64,000 nt of DNA. Source: Alloascoidea hylecoeti. Taxonomy: Eukaryota. The DNA is taken from the NCBI GenBank assembly GCA_001600815.1, contig BCKZ01000019.1, positions 124,001 through 188,000 of the forward strand, given 5' to 3'. This document shows positions 62,869-64,000 of the stretch, in pieces. The notes under the pieces were generated by a model. The model was not told the origin of the DNA. It searched no databases and saw nothing but the letters and a program-made list of their open reading frames with translations. How positions within the stretch are numbered: position 1 is the first letter of the stretch; each line of letters starts with the position of its first letter. Both the position numbers and the translations under genes were made by a program.

Positions 62869-64000
62869 ATGTCAATAGACGATAACAGTTATAAGAATGG
62901 TAAGTTGATACATATGTATTGTCATTTTCAATTGTAATTAAAACCCACAAGCATTTCAAGATCAAACAATATTGAAAATTTTATACTGATATAAATATAT
63001 CTAGAAAATCCAAAAAAGACAACTTCAATAACAGCTATCGATGATGTTGAATCACAACCAATAACTAAATATGTTGATGAATACAATCCTGATGGATTAA
63101 GAATTGCAACAAAAGAAGAATTGGAGACTTTGAGAAAAGTTCCAGGTTATATCCCATGGGCTTGTTACTTAGTATGTCTTATTGAATTCGCAGAAAGAGG
63201 AAGCTATTATGGTGTTACAGGAAGTTTATCAAATTTTATACAATTTTCTTTACCTGAGGGTGGTAATGGGGCAGGTGCAACTAAAGTTGGAACCCAAGAA
63301 ACTCCAGGTGCACTAGGTCTTGGCTTACAAACTGCAAGTGCCTTAACATTGTTATTAACATTTTTGGCTTACGTTTTTCCTTTACTCGGTGGTATCTTAG
63401 CAGATGTCGTATTTGGTCGTTATAAAACTATTTGGATCGGTGTTTATTTTGATATAATTGGTCATATATTACTTGTTATTTCTGCAATTCCTTCGGTTAT
63501 TTCGGGTGGTCATGCTGTTGTACCATTAGCTATAGCTATTATAGTAATTGCGCTTGGTACTGGATTAATTAAACCAAATTTATTACCGTTATTACTAGAT
63601 CAATATACAGAAGAAAATGATGTTGTGAAAGTTTTGGAAACTGGTGAAAAAGTTGTTGTCAGTAGACAAGTAACACAACAAAGAGCCACACTAATATTTT
63701 ATTGGGCCATCAATGTTGGTGCATTTCTAGCGGTTGCTACAAGTTACTGTGAAAAAAGAGTTGGCTTTTGGTTGGCTTTTTTTATTCCGTTGGTTGTATT
63801 TATGGTCATGCCAGTCGTGCTTATTATTTTAAGTAAGAGGATGATAAAGTGTAAGCCACAAGGTACCATTTTGATTGATTCTTGGAAAGTAATAAAGGTT
63901 ACTTTTAGAAAGGGATGGTATGGAAGATGGAAACGTGGTGAATTATGGTATCATGCTAGACCAAGTGAGATGCAAAAACGAGGTGAATTAACATATACAA
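62869..64000 (+). CDS. PTR2: Proton-dependent oligopeptide (POT/PTR) transporter; join(62869..62899,63005..>64000), runs off the window
   Basis: Exon 1 MSIDDNSYKN, GTAAGT donor at 62900, TACTGAT branch, TAG acceptor at 63004. Then LRKVPGYIPWACYLVCLIEFAERGSYYG (ExxER motif), GGILADVVFGRYKTI, GTGLIKPN, FYWAINVGA. Missed by the ORF track. Confidence 0.95.

Overview
AT-rich eukaryotic DNA from a budding yeast (Saccharomycotina-like). Evidence: short GT-AG spliceosomal introns with TACTAAC-type branch sites, and yeast orthologues throughout. CUG appears to be read as Leu. There are about 15 protein genes: ADE16/17 (partial), an alcohol/N-acetyltransferase, a divergent Skp1, two low-complexity unknowns, CNE1, a Sna3-like proteolipid, RME1, CTT1, a GH18 chitinase, PFS2, ATG2, two NmrA/isoflavone-reductase-like genes and PTR2 (partial). 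Several have introns the ORF track misses. Long intergenic tracts hold Tc1-like transposase relics, LTR-like dispersed repeats, pseudogene fragments and a decayed ~1.7-kb tandem array. The two most striking structures are (i) a sharp ~1.3-kb GC island that runs through two otherwise extremely AT-rich genes and is centred on a promoter, and (ii) a head-to-head gene pair with ~977-bp near-identical inverted arms around a diverged spacer. No tRNA, rRNA or CRISPR was found, and the species cannot be identified from the sequence alone.
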